DNA of 64,000 bases from Gammaproteobacteria bacterium (GCA_026707445.1 JAPOWV010000004.1:10170-74169), one strand, 5' to 3'. Positions 38,886-48,039 are shown, counted from the stretch's first letter. Numbers and translations: made by a program. Notes: generated from the sequence alone by a model not told the origin.

Positions 38886-39674
38886 ATGCGGGACGAAAAC
38901 TACTCCGAGGAAGTGCAACGAGCATTTGAGCAAGACAACGAGGATGGAAAGAGAATTGGTCAGGTATGGAAGCTGACCAAAGAGGGGAAGGGACCAGACG
39001 AGATTGCACAGGCGCTGGGTGTGTCTACCTCCACGTTCGTTTACGGCTACAGGAGCTTCATAAAGGCAATTGAGGATGGCGATTTACCGAAGAGCACGAC
39101 ACCGGCTAGGGACTGTGCCTCGGCTCTCCGTGGTTTTTCAGAGCGTCATTACAAATTGGAAATCCTGTCCCGGGCAAATTACTTGCAGATCCGGGATTAC
39201 GCAACAGAATGCGAGCAAATCCACTTCGATCTTAATAAGCGGGAAGAAGAGGACCAAGAGCTTGAGAAACAAACCATTACCGCCCTTGAATCGGCAGGCC
39301 CGGGGATTTATGTGTACACACTGCCACACTATCTTCGTTTTCCCATCGAGCCCAGCAGGGACGAATATGCCGACCACCGTACCTACTTGAAAGTGGGAAT
39401 GTCCGATAAGGATGCTTTTAAGCGGGCTATGGACCAAAACACTACGGCGCTCCCGGAGCCGATTGTGGTGCTGCGAATATATGAGCCGCCAGAAGGCGTC
39501 GAGCTTAAGGACGTTGAAGGCAGGATGCATACCCACTTGACCAACGCTGATCACCTTCGCAACAGGCAGAGGGGAGCGGGAAAGGAATGGTTCCTGACCC
39601 ATCTGAAGTTTCTTGACGCAACCGCCCGTCTTCTTAACCTGGAAACCAAGTTTGAGAAGCCCATTTCGGGCTGA
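38886..39674 (+). CDS. HTH + T5orf172/GIY-YIG-like (MUG113) domain protein
   Basis: C-terminal GIYVYTLPHY..YLKVGMSDKDAFKRAMDQN..PEPIVVLRIY..ELKDVEGRMHTHL..RGAGKEWF fits the T5orf172 pattern (GxxY..KIG.T..R....E..LH....EWF). N-terminal GKGPDEIAQALGVSTSTFVYGYRSF looks like a helix-turn-helix. Lower GC than the flanks. An alternative GTG start is at 38853. Confidence 0.7.
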   Translation: MRDENYSEEVQRAFEQDNEDGKRIGQVWKLTKEGKGPDEIAQALGVSTSTFVYGYRSFIKAIEDGDLPKSTTPARDCASALRGFSERHYKLEILSRANYLQIRDYATECEQIHFDLNKREEEDQELEKQTITALESAGPGIYVYTLPHYLRFPIEPSRDEYADHRTYLKVGMSDKDAFKRAMDQNTTALPEPIVVLRIYEPPEGVELKDVEGRMHTHLTNADHLRNRQRGAGKEWFLTHLKFLDATARLLNLETKFEKPISG

Positions 39675-39800
39675 ACCGGACTGTTTGATCGAGAGTTCAA
39701 GCTGGGCCACTTAGTCGTTACTCAGCCGGCAAGGCGAACGGGCGGTCAGCCTCCAGCAGGCGGGTTAGCCACCGACATATTGGATGGAACGCGGCAAAGG

Positions 39801-39957
39801 CTAGGAGCTTGCGCCCCAGAACGCTTTTCGAGAATTGGTCGTGGGGAATAGCGTCACAAAAGATGCCACGAACAGGTTTCGGTGGGTTCATAGGTCATCT
39901 TGTCGGCAAATTGTGCCCCTCTTTGGCGCCGAAATTTTCTACGGCGCAAGCTCCTAG
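39801..39957 (-). mobile_element. 157-bp MITE (copy 2), inverted relative to copy 1
   Basis: Reverse complement of 33704-33860 with 2 mismatches in 157 nt (aligned by eye). Same CTAG-bounded ends. Intergenic. Confidence 0.85.
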
Positions 39958-40227
39958 AGGAAGGATTGGAACTTGGTATCAATGAGGCACGTTTGTTCTG
40001 CGATCTCATCCGCAGCTATCTAAAATACCTAATTTCGGAACATGAGCGCCTTTCAGTTTAGACATTATGGCCTTTCGCCGAGTAGTTGAGCGTGAGTTGT
40101 GGGCGGTGGCAGGCATTGATCGAGTAAGAGGTGGTCGATGATGATGGCATCTTGGGTGGGCGACAGCGCACTTGCGTTAATTCTCTGGTAGGATCATCAA
40201 TCAGCCCTTTCGCAAAGAGCTTCGGAA

Positions 40228-40479
40228 ATGGCCCAAACGCGCCTGAATGACGAATTTGCCTACTACTTGGCGCACCAGGAACAATTGGTGAGCCAGCACA
40301 ACGGCAAGTGCGTCGTCATTAAGAACAAGAAGATCATCGGCGTGTATGACAATTACCTGGAAGCGGTTAAGGAGACAATCCGCCAAGGGCATCAAGCAGG
40401 CACATTCTTGACACAACGCGTGTCTCCTGGCGAGAAAGACTACACGAGCGTCTTTCATTCCAGGGTAGCGTTCAGCTGA
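40228..40479 (+). CDS. Small hypothetical protein (DUF5678-like), partner of the downstream protease
   Basis: 83 aa; ..YLAHQEQLVSQHNGKCVVIKNKKIIGVYDNYLEAVKETIRQ.. fits the G-K-x-V-x-I..g.i.g...s..ea pattern of small proteins found upstream of retropepsin-like genes. Family name is from memory. Confidence 0.5.
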   Translation: MAQTRLNDEFAYYLAHQEQLVSQHNGKCVVIKNKKIIGVYDNYLEAVKETIRQGHQAGTFLTQRVSPGEKDYTSVFHSRVAFS

Positions 40480-40526
40480 CCGCCAGTTTCACAGTAGAGA
40501 GCAGGGGTGGACTATTCAATTCGCTC

Positions 40527-40973
40527 GTGACGCCGTGCGCCGTGGCATCGCCCATAGACAATGCAGCATCTGCTATTGAGTATCTGGCTCTGTGGGATAC
40601 CGGCGCGACGAGGTCCGTGATTGACAGGCGGGTTGCCAGTCAATGCGCTCTTCTTCCAGTGGGGATTCAGAGGGTGACGGGGGTTCATGGCGCCGCAGAT
40701 GCGAATGCCTACCTCATCAAACTGACGTTGCCCAATGATGTCGTTTTTCCGAGTTTGATGGTCACAGAAGGATCGCTTGGCGAAGAAATCGGCGTTCTTA
40801 TTGGCATGGATGTCATTTCGTGTGGAGACTTCGCCGTCACCAACCGCGACAACCGGACTATATTCACGTTCCGGATGCCATCCATCGCGCGCCACGACTA
40901 CGTCAAAGAACATGAGGCCAGCGAGCGGCGAAGACTCAAGAAGACTCGCAGGAAAGTACGCAAAAGACGTTGA
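40527..40973 (+). CDS. Retropepsin-like (clan AA) aspartic protease, single domain
   Basis: Catalytic LALWDTGATRSVI (D-T-G-A) plus ..VLIGMDVIS.. typical of retroviral-type protease monomers. Strongly basic tail RRRLKKTRRKVRKRR. GTG start; lower GC. Confidence 0.7.
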   Translation: MTPCAVASPIDNAASAIEYLALWDTGATRSVIDRRVASQCALLPVGIQRVTGVHGAADANAYLIKLTLPNDVVFPSLMVTEGSLGEEIGVLIGMDVISCGDFAVTNRDNRTIFTFRMPSIARHDYVKEHEASERRRLKKTRRKVRKRR

Positions 40974-41029
40974 TCGGGTTCTGCCCAAGGCAATGAGCCA
41001 AGGGAGGCGCGGGTTAAACTCGCTCGCCT

Positions 41030-42073
41030 ATGTTGACTTGGATTGCGGCGTTGCCACAACTGAAGCGCAACTGGTATGGGATTGCGGGTGCTGCGGTGCT
41101 GGCGTTTTTTTCGGTAGCAGCGGTTGGAGCGGATACGCTCTCGGACGTGCTGGAGCGGGGCATGTTGCGTTGCGCCGTCATCGAAGCAAGTCCCGGCTTC
41201 AGTTCCATCGACGCCAACGGCCGAAGGTACGGCTTCGACATCGACAACTGCCGAACGGTGGCGGCCGCGGTCCTGGGCGACGCGGATGCGATCGAGTATG
41301 TGCCCATCAACCCCAATACCGCGTTCACCACGTTGCAATCCGGGGGCGTGGACGTTTTCCCCGGGGGCGCCACCTGGACTTTCCTGCGCGACACTTCGCT
41401 GGGGCTGGATTACACCGGCGCCTACCTGTACGCGGGGCAGGGATTCGTCGTGCGCCGCGCATCCGGCGTATCGCGCATCCCGGACCTGGAAGGCGCCACC
41501 ATCTGCGTGGCCCAGGGCACGACCAACGAGCAGAACCTGGCGGACTACTTCCGGGCCCGCCGCATGAAGTATTCGATCGTTACGTTCGCCGACGTTGAGC
41601 GCGGCCTCAACGCCTACTTGGCGGACCGTTGCGACGCCTTTACGACCGAGGTGTTCTCGCTGGCCGGGCGAATCGTGGCGCTGAGGAATCCCGAGGAGCA
41701 CCGGATTCTGGGCGATGTGATTTCCAAGGAGCCGTTTTCCGGCCTTGTGCGTCAGGGCGATCCGCGCTGGCGCGACATCGTGTTCTGGGCCTTCAACTCG
41801 CGCGTGGCCGCCGAAGAATTCGGGCTGACAATGGGCAACGTGGAGGAAATGCGGGCGAGAACCGAGGACGCCGAGGTACGCCGGTTTCTCGGGGTGGAGG
41901 GCGGTTTCGGGCAGCAGCTCGGATTGCGCAACGACTGGGCCTACCAGATTGTCGTCCAGGTCGGCAATTACGGCGAAGTCTTCGCCAGGCATTTCGAGCC
42001 CCTGGGCCTTGAGCGCGGGCTCAATGCGCTGTGGCGCGACGGCGGCCTCATGATCGCGATGCCGTATCGGTAG
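41030..42073 (+). CDS. aapJ: General L-amino-acid ABC transporter substrate-binding protein (AapJ/BztA family)
   Basis: Signal peptide. ..GFDIDNCRTVAAAVLGDADAIEYVP..FTTLQSGGVDV..TWTFLRDTSLGLDY..GQGFVVR..ATICVAQGTTNEQNLADYFRA..ISKEPFSGLVRQGDPRW is collinear with AapJ. Confidence 0.9.
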   Translation: MLTWIAALPQLKRNWYGIAGAAVLAFFSVAAVGADTLSDVLERGMLRCAVIEASPGFSSIDANGRRYGFDIDNCRTVAAAVLGDADAIEYVPINPNTAFTTLQSGGVDVFPGGATWTFLRDTSLGLDYTGAYLYAGQGFVVRRASGVSRIPDLEGATICVAQGTTNEQNLADYFRARRMKYSIVTFADVERGLNAYLADRCDAFTTEVFSLAGRIVALRNPEEHRILGDVISKEPFSGLVRQGDPRWRDIVFWAFNSRVAAEEFGLTMGNVEEMRARTEDAEVRRFLGVEGGFGQQLGLRNDWAYQIVVQVGNYGEVFARHFEPLGLERGLNALWRDGGLMIAMPYR

Positions 42074-42101
42074 GCGCGGGCCCAACGGTCCGGGCGAACT
42101 T

Positions 42102-43067
42102 ATGCGCAAGAACTCCGCCTTCTGGCTGCAGTGCCTGCTGGGCCTGGCGCTCGTGGCGCTGGTCGTTCTGGTTTTCCGCACGACCCAGTCCAACCTGGAA
42201 CTGCTGGGGGTGCAGTCCGGTTTCGATTTTCTGTGGAAGAAAGCCGGGTTCTCGATTTCGCAGCACCTGATTCCGTACACGGAGGATTCGCCGATCTGGG
42301 CCGCGCTGGCCGTGGCAATCCTCAATACCCTGTTGCTGGCGGTGTTCTGCATCTTCCTTGCCAGCGTGCTGGGTCTGGTCGTGGGCATCGGCAGACTGTC
42401 CTCGAACTGGCTGGTTTCCAGGCTGTCCCTGGCCTACCTGGAGCTGTTCCGCAATATTCCGGTGCTGCTGCAGATCTTCTTCTGGTACTACGTCGCATTA
42501 CGCGCCTTGCCGTCATTGGAATCCAGCATCTTCATCACCGACTACCTGGTTCTGAACAACCGCGGCCTCTACTTCCCGTTCATCGAGTTCGGCAACGGTT
42601 TTTCCATCAGTCCGCCCGTGATGGGACGTTTCGCGTACGAAGGCGGTTTCTACCTGATGCCCGAGTTCCTGGCGCTCTGGATCGGCCTTTCCCTGTACAA
42701 CGGGAGCTATATCTCGGAAATCGTCCGTTCGGGCTTTCAGTCCGTGGCGCGCGGTCAATGGGAAGCGGGGGCAGCGCTGGGGCTTAAGCCGGTTACCGTC
42801 CTGCGCCGGGTGGCTTTCCCGCAGGCATTGCGGGCGGTCCTGCCGCCGCTGACGACGGTGTACATGAACATGTTCAAGGCGACCTCGCTGGCGGCTGCGA
42901 TCGCCTATCCCGAGATCGTCTCGGTGTTCGTGGGCACGGTCAACAATCTGGCCGGCCGGCCGGTTGAAGTGATGGCGGTTACGCTGGCCTTCTATGCGGG
43001 CGTCAGCTTCCTGGTGGCCTGGCTGATGGGCCGCTGGAACAAGCGGATAACGCTGCGTGGCCAGTGA
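42102..43067 (+). CDS. aapQ: Amino-acid ABC transporter permease (AapQ/BztB-like)
   Basis: Polytopic; EAA-loop region SEIVRSGFQSVARGQWEAGAALGLKPVTVLRRVAFPQALRAVLPPL. Confidence 0.85.
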   Translation: MRKNSAFWLQCLLGLALVALVVLVFRTTQSNLELLGVQSGFDFLWKKAGFSISQHLIPYTEDSPIWAALAVAILNTLLLAVFCIFLASVLGLVVGIGRLSSNWLVSRLSLAYLELFRNIPVLLQIFFWYYVALRALPSLESSIFITDYLVLNNRGLYFPFIEFGNGFSISPPVMGRFAYEGGFYLMPEFLALWIGLSLYNGSYISEIVRSGFQSVARGQWEAGAALGLKPVTVLRRVAFPQALRAVLPPLTTVYMNMFKATSLAAAIAYPEIVSVFVGTVNNLAGRPVEVMAVTLAFYAGVSFLVAWLMGRWNKRITLRGQ

Positions 43068-44154
43068 TTTGAAGCCATCCGCGGCTCGCCAGGGCCTGTC
43101 GGGCTGGCTCAGGCGCAACCTGTTCTCGTCGTGGTGGAACACGGCGGTCAGCCTGGTCCTGCTGGGTTTGCTGGTGACGCTGGCCGCCAGGCTGTTCCAG
43201 TGGCTGATCATCGAAGCGCAATGGGCCGGGAGCGGCCCGTCCGCCTGCGCCGACACGACCAGCCTGTGCTGGCCTTTCGTGCGGGCGCGCTGGCCGCAGT
43301 TTCTCTACGGCCTTTATCCGTCGGAAGAGGTATGGCGGGTCAATCTGGGCCTGGCGGCCGGCGCGTTGCTGGGAGCGGCGCTGGCCGTTCGCCGGATGCC
43401 TGCGCGGCGCTGGATTGCGGCGTTTCTGCTGCTTGCCTACCCGCCGCTGGCCTGGTGGCTTTTTCGCGGCGGTACGGGCGGGCTCACTCCGGTCGAGACC
43501 TCCCTGTGGGGCGGTTTTTTTCTCACCCTGGTCGTGACGGGATCGGTGTTCTGGGTCTCGCTGCTTGCCGGCGTCCTGCTGGCTCTGGGGAGACAGAGCC
43601 GCCTGGCGCTGTTGCGTCAGGCCTGCACGGTGTGGATCGAGTTCTGGCGCGCGGTACCGGTGCTTGTGCTGCTGTTCGTGGTGATCATCATGCTGCCGCT
43701 GTTCCTGCCGTCGAACGTCGAGATCGACAAGCTCGGCCGGGCGATGATCGCCTTCGCCATCCTCATGTCCACCTACCTGGCGGAGGCTGTGCGCGGCGGC
43801 TTGCAGAGCCTGCCCACCGGCCAGTACGAAGCGGCCCGGGCCCTGGGCCTGAATTGGCGCCAGTCGCGCCTGCACGTGGTGCTGCCGCAGGCCCTGGCGG
43901 TGTCTCTGCCTCAGATCACCAGCAACTTCATCGGGCTGTTCAAGGAGACCACCGTGTTGCTGGTGATCGGCCTGTTTGACCTGCTGGGAGAAGTGCAGCG
44001 GGCGGCCAGCGATCCCCAATGGCTCGGAACGGGCACGACCGCGGCCGGCTACATTTTCGTGGCCGTTTTCTTCTGGACGGCGTGCTTTTGCCTGTCACGC
44101 GCAAGTTCGCGCCTGGAGCGGCGCATGACGCGCTACCGGGCGGTCGCCATCTAG
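43057..44154 (+). CDS. aapM: Amino-acid ABC transporter permease (AapM/BztC-like)
   Basis: Polytopic; AEAVRGGLQSLPTGQYEAARALGLNWRQSRLHVVLPQALAVSLPQI. Overlaps the aapQ stop by 11 nt. Confidence 0.85.
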   Translation: MASDLKPSAARQGLSGWLRRNLFSSWWNTAVSLVLLGLLVTLAARLFQWLIIEAQWAGSGPSACADTTSLCWPFVRARWPQFLYGLYPSEEVWRVNLGLAAGALLGAALAVRRMPARRWIAAFLLLAYPPLAWWLFRGGTGGLTPVETSLWGGFFLTLVVTGSVFWVSLLAGVLLALGRQSRLALLRQACTVWIEFWRAVPVLVLLFVVIIMLPLFLPSNVEIDKLGRAMIAFAILMSTYLAEAVRGGLQSLPTGQYEAARALGLNWRQSRLHVVLPQALAVSLPQITSNFIGLFKETTVLLVIGLFDLLGEVQRAASDPQWLGTGTTAAGYIFVAVFFWTACFCLSRASSRLERRMTRYRAVAI

Positions 44155-44235
44155 TGTCGTGTCACGGCGCCAGCAGCGTCATGCATCGGCGACCACCATC
44201 CCCGGCGCGCGGTTGACGCGCGGCCGGAGTCAAAA

Positions 44236-44273
44236 ATCCCCTTGCGCACCAGGCGCAAGGGGATTCGTTATTT
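44236..44273. terminator. Bidirectional Rho-independent terminator between convergent aapM and a small membrane-protein gene
   Basis: 12-bp perfect stem ATCCCCTTGCGC (44236-47) / GCGCAAGGGGAT (44253-64), 5-nt loop, A-run upstream and TCGTTATTT downstream. Confidence 0.7.
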
Positions 44274-44283
44274 CCGTGGGCGA

Positions 44284-44613
44284 TTAGCCCTTAACGCGAT
44301 TCCAGGTCCTCATGACCAGCACAGAGGCTACGCCGGAATACAGCGCGATCGAAGCCGCGTCCACGATTCCGTCCAGAAGGCCTCCTACCGCGGGTATGTT
44401 GCCGAGTGCGTCTGAGTATCCGGCCATCCCGACACCGATTGCAACAGCCAGATAGGCGGTCGCATCTTCCGCGTCAACTCCCATGAATCCCCAGACAATG
44501 CCGAGAACCGCAAGAACCAGCGGAAGGGTGTTACCGGGAACCGTGCCTTCGGGCAGCAAGCCCTCCAGTATGGCGGCAAGCGCCATCAGCCCTACGACTA
44601 CTCTATTGCCCAT
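44284..44613 (-). CDS. Small hydrophobic membrane protein, hypothetical
   Basis: 109 aa from the ATG at 44613, preceded by a strong SD (GGGAGGATCAAAATG). Three predicted TM helices rich in G/A/L/V. Confidence 0.5.
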   Translation of the reverse strand: MGNRVVVGLMALAAILEGLLPEGTVPGNTLPLVLAVLGIVWGFMGVDAEDATAYLAVAIGVGMAGYSDALGNIPAVGGLLDGIVDAASIALYSGVASVLVMRTWNRVKG

Positions 44614-44786
44614 TTTGATCCTCCCAAGTTGCAGGTTGAAATTGTGAGTTGTCCAGTTCAAGAACCTTTTCAACTCATCCCCATGGCGGAGAATGATTCA
44701 ACGCTCCCCTCTTTTAGCACGGATTGACGCCGGACGCAAACGCACAGTCCCGGTTGCGCCGGGAAATGGTGCGGGACGAAAAAAGA

Positions 44787-45533
44787 CTATTGCCGCAATT
44801 GACCCAGAAAGGTCTTCAGGCGTTCGGTTTCGGGACTTTCGAAGAATTGTTCCGGACGCGAGTCCTCAAGTATTTCCCCGCCGTCCATGAACACCACGCG
44901 ATCCGCCACCTGGCGGGCGAAGCCCATTTCATGGCTCACGCACAGCATGGTCATGCCCTGTCGGGCGAGTTCCACCATCACTTCCAGGACTTCCTGGACC
45001 ATCTCGGGATCCAGGGCCGAGGTCGGCTCGTCAAACAGCATGATTTCCGGTTGCATGCACAGCGCCCTGGCGATCGCGACGCGCTGCTGCTGACCTCCCG
45101 AGAGCTGGGCGGGGTACTTGCCTTCCTGGCCTACCAGGCCCATGCGGCCCAGCAACTCGGCGGCGCGTTCCTCGGCGGCTTCGCGCTTCAGACTGCGGAC
45201 CTTCACCGGAGCAAGACACAGGTTGTCCATGACCGAAAGGTGAGGGAAGAGGTTGAATTGCTGAAATACCATCCCGACCTTCAGGCGAACCCGGCTGCGC
45301 GCGGCGTCGGAGTCCAGCGCGATGCCGGCCACCTCCATGACACCCTCCTGGTACTCCTCAAGGCCGTTCATGCACCGGATCAGCGTGGACTTGCCGGATC
45401 CGGACGGACCGCAAATCACGATTTTCTCGCCCGCCCGGACTTCAAGATCAATCCCGTGGAGCGCCCGGAATTCGCCGTACCACTTGCTTAGTCCGCGGGC
45501 CCGCACGGCGGTCCCCGCCGTCTGCGCGCTCAT
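44787..45533 (-). CDS. aapP: Amino-acid ABC transporter ATP-binding protein (AapP/GlnQ-like)
   Basis: Walker [11 protein letters not shown]-loop, signature [15 protein letters not shown], Walker [12 protein letters not shown]. The ATG at 45533 overlaps the SDR stop (ATGA). Confidence 0.9.
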   Translation of the reverse strand: MSAQTAGTAVRARGLSKWYGEFRALHGIDLEVRAGEKIVICGPSGSGKSTLIRCMNGLEEYQEGVMEVAGIALDSDAARSRVRLKVGMVFQQFNLFPHLSVMDNLCLAPVKVRSLKREAAEERAAELLGRMGLVGQEGKYPAQLSGGQQQRVAIARALCMQPEIMLFDEPTSALDPEMVQEVLEVMVELARQGMTMLCVSHEMGFARQVADRVVFMDGGEILEDSRPEQFFESPETERLKTFLGQLRQ

Positions 45534-46366
45534 TCCGGTTCCTCTCCGCGCATCCACCAGCCTACGCTGGCGGCTTCCAGTGCAACCCGCCTGGCCCGTT
45601 CGCCGCGGTCGATGTCCAGGCTTGCAAACACCTGCTCGGCCACCGGTCCGATCGGAATGCGCAACCGGTCGGGCGGGTCGTCGACGACGGAAGCTATGAT
45701 CCCGGCCGCGCTTCCGGGAGGCTCACCGCTGCGCTTCTGTGTCAGCAGCGCCCGGTGCAGTGGCTCGTATGCCGCGCCCTGGCGGTTGTAGGAAAGGTGG
45801 TGCAGGGCGCTTTCGTCGCGGCGGAGCATGTCGGTGTCATAGGGACCGGCGTCGAGCAGGGTAACCCGAATGCCGAATCGCTGCACCTCCAGCGCCAGCG
45901 ACTCGGACATTCCTTCCAGCGCAAACTTGCTGGCCGCGTACTGGCCGTCCGCGGGCAGTCCCACCAGGCCGGACAGAGACGAGACCATCAGGATGTGGCC
46001 TGAACCGCGTGTCCGCATGTCCGGGAGGACCGCGCGCGTCAACCTCCAGGCGCCGAGCAGATTGACGTCCAGCAGTTCGCGGAAGCGCGCCTCGTCGGCG
46101 GCCTCCAGCGCGCCGAACGCGTGCAGCCCGGCGTTGTTGATCAGCACGTCGATGCCGCCGGCTTCCCTGACTACCCGCCGTACCGCCTCGTCCACGGAAG
46201 ATTGCGAGGTCACGTCCAGCAATACTTCACCGGCGCCGGTATCGGCGGACAATGCGCCCGAAGCACGAACCCCCGCGTACACCGTGTAGCCACGTACCGC
46301 GAGTTCCCGGGCGGTTGCGAGGCCCAATCCGCGGGAGGCTCCGCTGATCAGAACGCTGCTCGGCAC
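45530..46366 (-). CDS. Short-chain dehydrogenase/reductase (SDR)
   Basis: [18 protein letters not shown] (TGxxxGxG-type), NNAG, catalytic [10 protein letters not shown]. Confidence 0.85.
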   Translation of the reverse strand: MPSSVLISGASRGLGLATARELAVRGYTVYAGVRASGALSADTGAGEVLLDVTSQSSVDEAVRRVVREAGGIDVLINNAGLHAFGALEAADEARFRELLDVNLLGAWRLTRAVLPDMRTRGSGHILMVSSLSGLVGLPADGQYAASKFALEGMSESLALEVQRFGIRVTLLDAGPYDTDMLRRDESALHHLSYNRQGAAYEPLHRALLTQKRSGEPPGSAAGIIASVVDDPPDRLRIPIGPVAEQVFASLDIDRGERARRVALEAASVGWWMRGEEPE

Positions 46367-46382
46367 GGGCGAGATCTCGCGC

Positions 46383-47027
46383 CTATTGCACGATCAGCAA
46401 CAGGTAGTGGTCGGCAAGAAGCACCGCAAACAGGGCGCACAGGTAAACCATGGAATATCCGAAGGTAGGCATGGCCAGGGAATCATCGCCGCGGCGGTAC
46501 ATACGGAATGCGTACCAAAGGAACCGGCCTCCCAGTATCACCGCCCCGAGAAGGTAGAGCGGGCCGCTCATCCCCACCAGGTAAGGAAGCAGGCCGAAGA
46601 TAAACAGCAGGACCGTGTAGCCGAGGATATGCAGTCGGGTCAGTTCGACTCCGTGAGTGACGGGCAGCATGGGCATATCGACCCTGGCGTAATCCTCGCG
46701 TCGATGGATGGCCAGCGCCCAGAAATGCGGCGGCGTCCATACGAACACGATAGCGAACAGCACCGCCGCCCCGGGATCGAACTGGCCGGTCACGGCGATC
46801 CAGCCGAGCCGCGGCGGGGCCGCGCCGGCGGCGCCCCCGATCACGATGTTCTGGGGCGTGGCCCGTTTCAGGAACATCGTGTAAATGACGGCGTAGCCCA
46901 GCAGCGAGGCAAACGTCAGGATTGCGCACAATATGTTGGTGAAGGTCAGCAGGGCCACGACCTTCGGCTTGGTGATTTCCAGGTACTCGCGCCATCGGCC
47001 AGGCGCTTGCAATGCTCTTGTGTTCAT
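46383..47027 (-). CDS. ctaB: Protoheme IX farnesyltransferase (CtaB/CyoE) with ~80-aa internal in-frame deletion; possibly non-functional
   Basis: [14 protein letters not shown].. and ..[54 protein letters not shown] are collinear with CyoE/CtaB. It is only 214 aa, and the segment that normally carries the N-x3-D-x3-D motif (e.g. NNYIDRDIDRKMERT in E. coli CyoE) is absent. Confidence 0.75.
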   Translation of the reverse strand: MNTRALQAPGRWREYLEITKPKVVALLTFTNILCAILTFASLLGYAVIYTMFLKRATPQNIVIGGAAGAAPPRLGWIAVTGQFDPGAAVLFAIVFVWTPPHFWALAIHRREDYARVDMPMLPVTHGVELTRLHILGYTVLLFIFGLLPYLVGMSGPLYLLGAVILGGRFLWYAFRMYRRGDDSLAMPTFGYSMVYLCALFAVLLADHYLLLIVQ

Positions 47028-47043
47028 GGTTTCCGGCCCGGCC

Positions 47044-48039
47044 CTATTTTCCGGCGCGCCGCAGTCCGTGACCAAGCGTAACAAGCGCCAGGATCAGCAT
47101 CGCCGCGCAGGCGTTGTGCCCGACCGCGGTTGAGATCGGCAGGTAGAACCACACGTTGGCGACGCCCAGGCCCATCTGAACGAGCATAAGCCCGCCCACC
47201 GCCGCCCCGGCCACACGCACCCTGCTGTCGGCGGCGAAGCTCAGGGCGCGCAGCGAAAGCCAACCCACGGAAAGCAGGACCGCGACAGCCCCGAGCCGGT
47301 GCGTCATGTGAATGGCCGTGCGCGCGGCATTGTCCAGAACGCCGTATTCGTAATTCACCCCCAGGCCCCGCCACATGACAAAGGCCTCGGCGAAGTCCAT
47401 TTCGGGCCACCACTGCCGCTGGCAGGCCGGGAAATCGGGGCAGGCCAGGGCCGCGTAGTTGGCGCTGGTCCAGCCGCCCAGCGCTACCTGTACGACGACG
47501 ACCGCAAGGCCGACCAGGGTCCAGCGGTACAGAGCGCCGCTCGCGCCGGCCGCCCACCCCGATGCGGAAGGACTCCGGCGCAATATCAACCACCACAACA
47601 AAGCCAGTGTGCCGAATCCTCCCAGCAGATGCGCCATCACGACCACCGGCTTGAGCTGCCAGGTGACCGTCCACATGCCCAGCAGGCCCTGGAACAGAAC
47701 CAGGGCGACCAGCGCAAGGGAGGGAACAAGCAGGGCATCGCGCTCGCTGCGCCGCCGCCAGGCCACGGCGCCGATCGCCAGTATCAGGAGCCCCAGTGCC
47801 GCCGCCGCGTAGCGATGAATCATCTCTATCCAGGCCTTCGCCACGTCCACCGGACGGTCGGGGAAAGCGGCGTTCGCCTTTTCGATTTGCTCGGCGCTTT
47901 GCGGGACGTCGATGCGGCCGTAGCAACCGGGCCAGTCGGGACATCCCAAACCCGCGTCGGAAAGGCGCACGAACGCGCCCAGGACGATTACCAGCAAGGC
48001 GAAAGGCGTGGCGAGCAGCGCCAGTCTGCGTATATTCAT
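47044..48039 (-). CDS. ctaA: Heme A synthase (COX15/CtaA)
   Basis: [41 protein letters not shown], ..EMIHRY.., ..HMTHRL.. are conserved His/Cys motifs of COX15. Confidence 0.9.
   Translation of the reverse strand: MNIRRLALLATPFALLVIVLGAFVRLSDAGLGCPDWPGCYGRIDVPQSAEQIEKANAAFPDRPVDVAKAWIEMIHRYAAAALGLLILAIGAVAWRRRSERDALLVPSLALVALVLFQGLLGMWTVTWQLKPVVVMAHLLGGFGTLALLWWLILRRSPSASGWAAGASGALYRWTLVGLAVVVVQVALGGWTSANYAALACPDFPACQRQWWPEMDFAEAFVMWRGLGVNYEYGVLDNAARTAIHMTHRLGAVAVLLSVGWLSLRALSFAADSRVRVAGAAVGGLMLVQMGLGVANVWFYLPISTAVGHNACAAMLILALVTLGHGLRRAGK

Noticed and set aside
39960-40064. Protein-like 35-codon tail (EGLELGINEARLFCDLIRSYLKYLISEHERLSV*) right after MITE copy 2, possibly the 3' end of a gene disrupted by the MITE
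   Set aside because: The same frame upstream of the MITE reads as Gly/Pro/Arg-rich sequence directly after the T5orf172 stop and has no start. I could not support a disrupted gene.
40898-42388. 496-aa ORF on the minus strand
   Set aside because: It is antisense to aapJ/aapQ, which have clear homology. The composition is Arg/Pro/Gly-rich.
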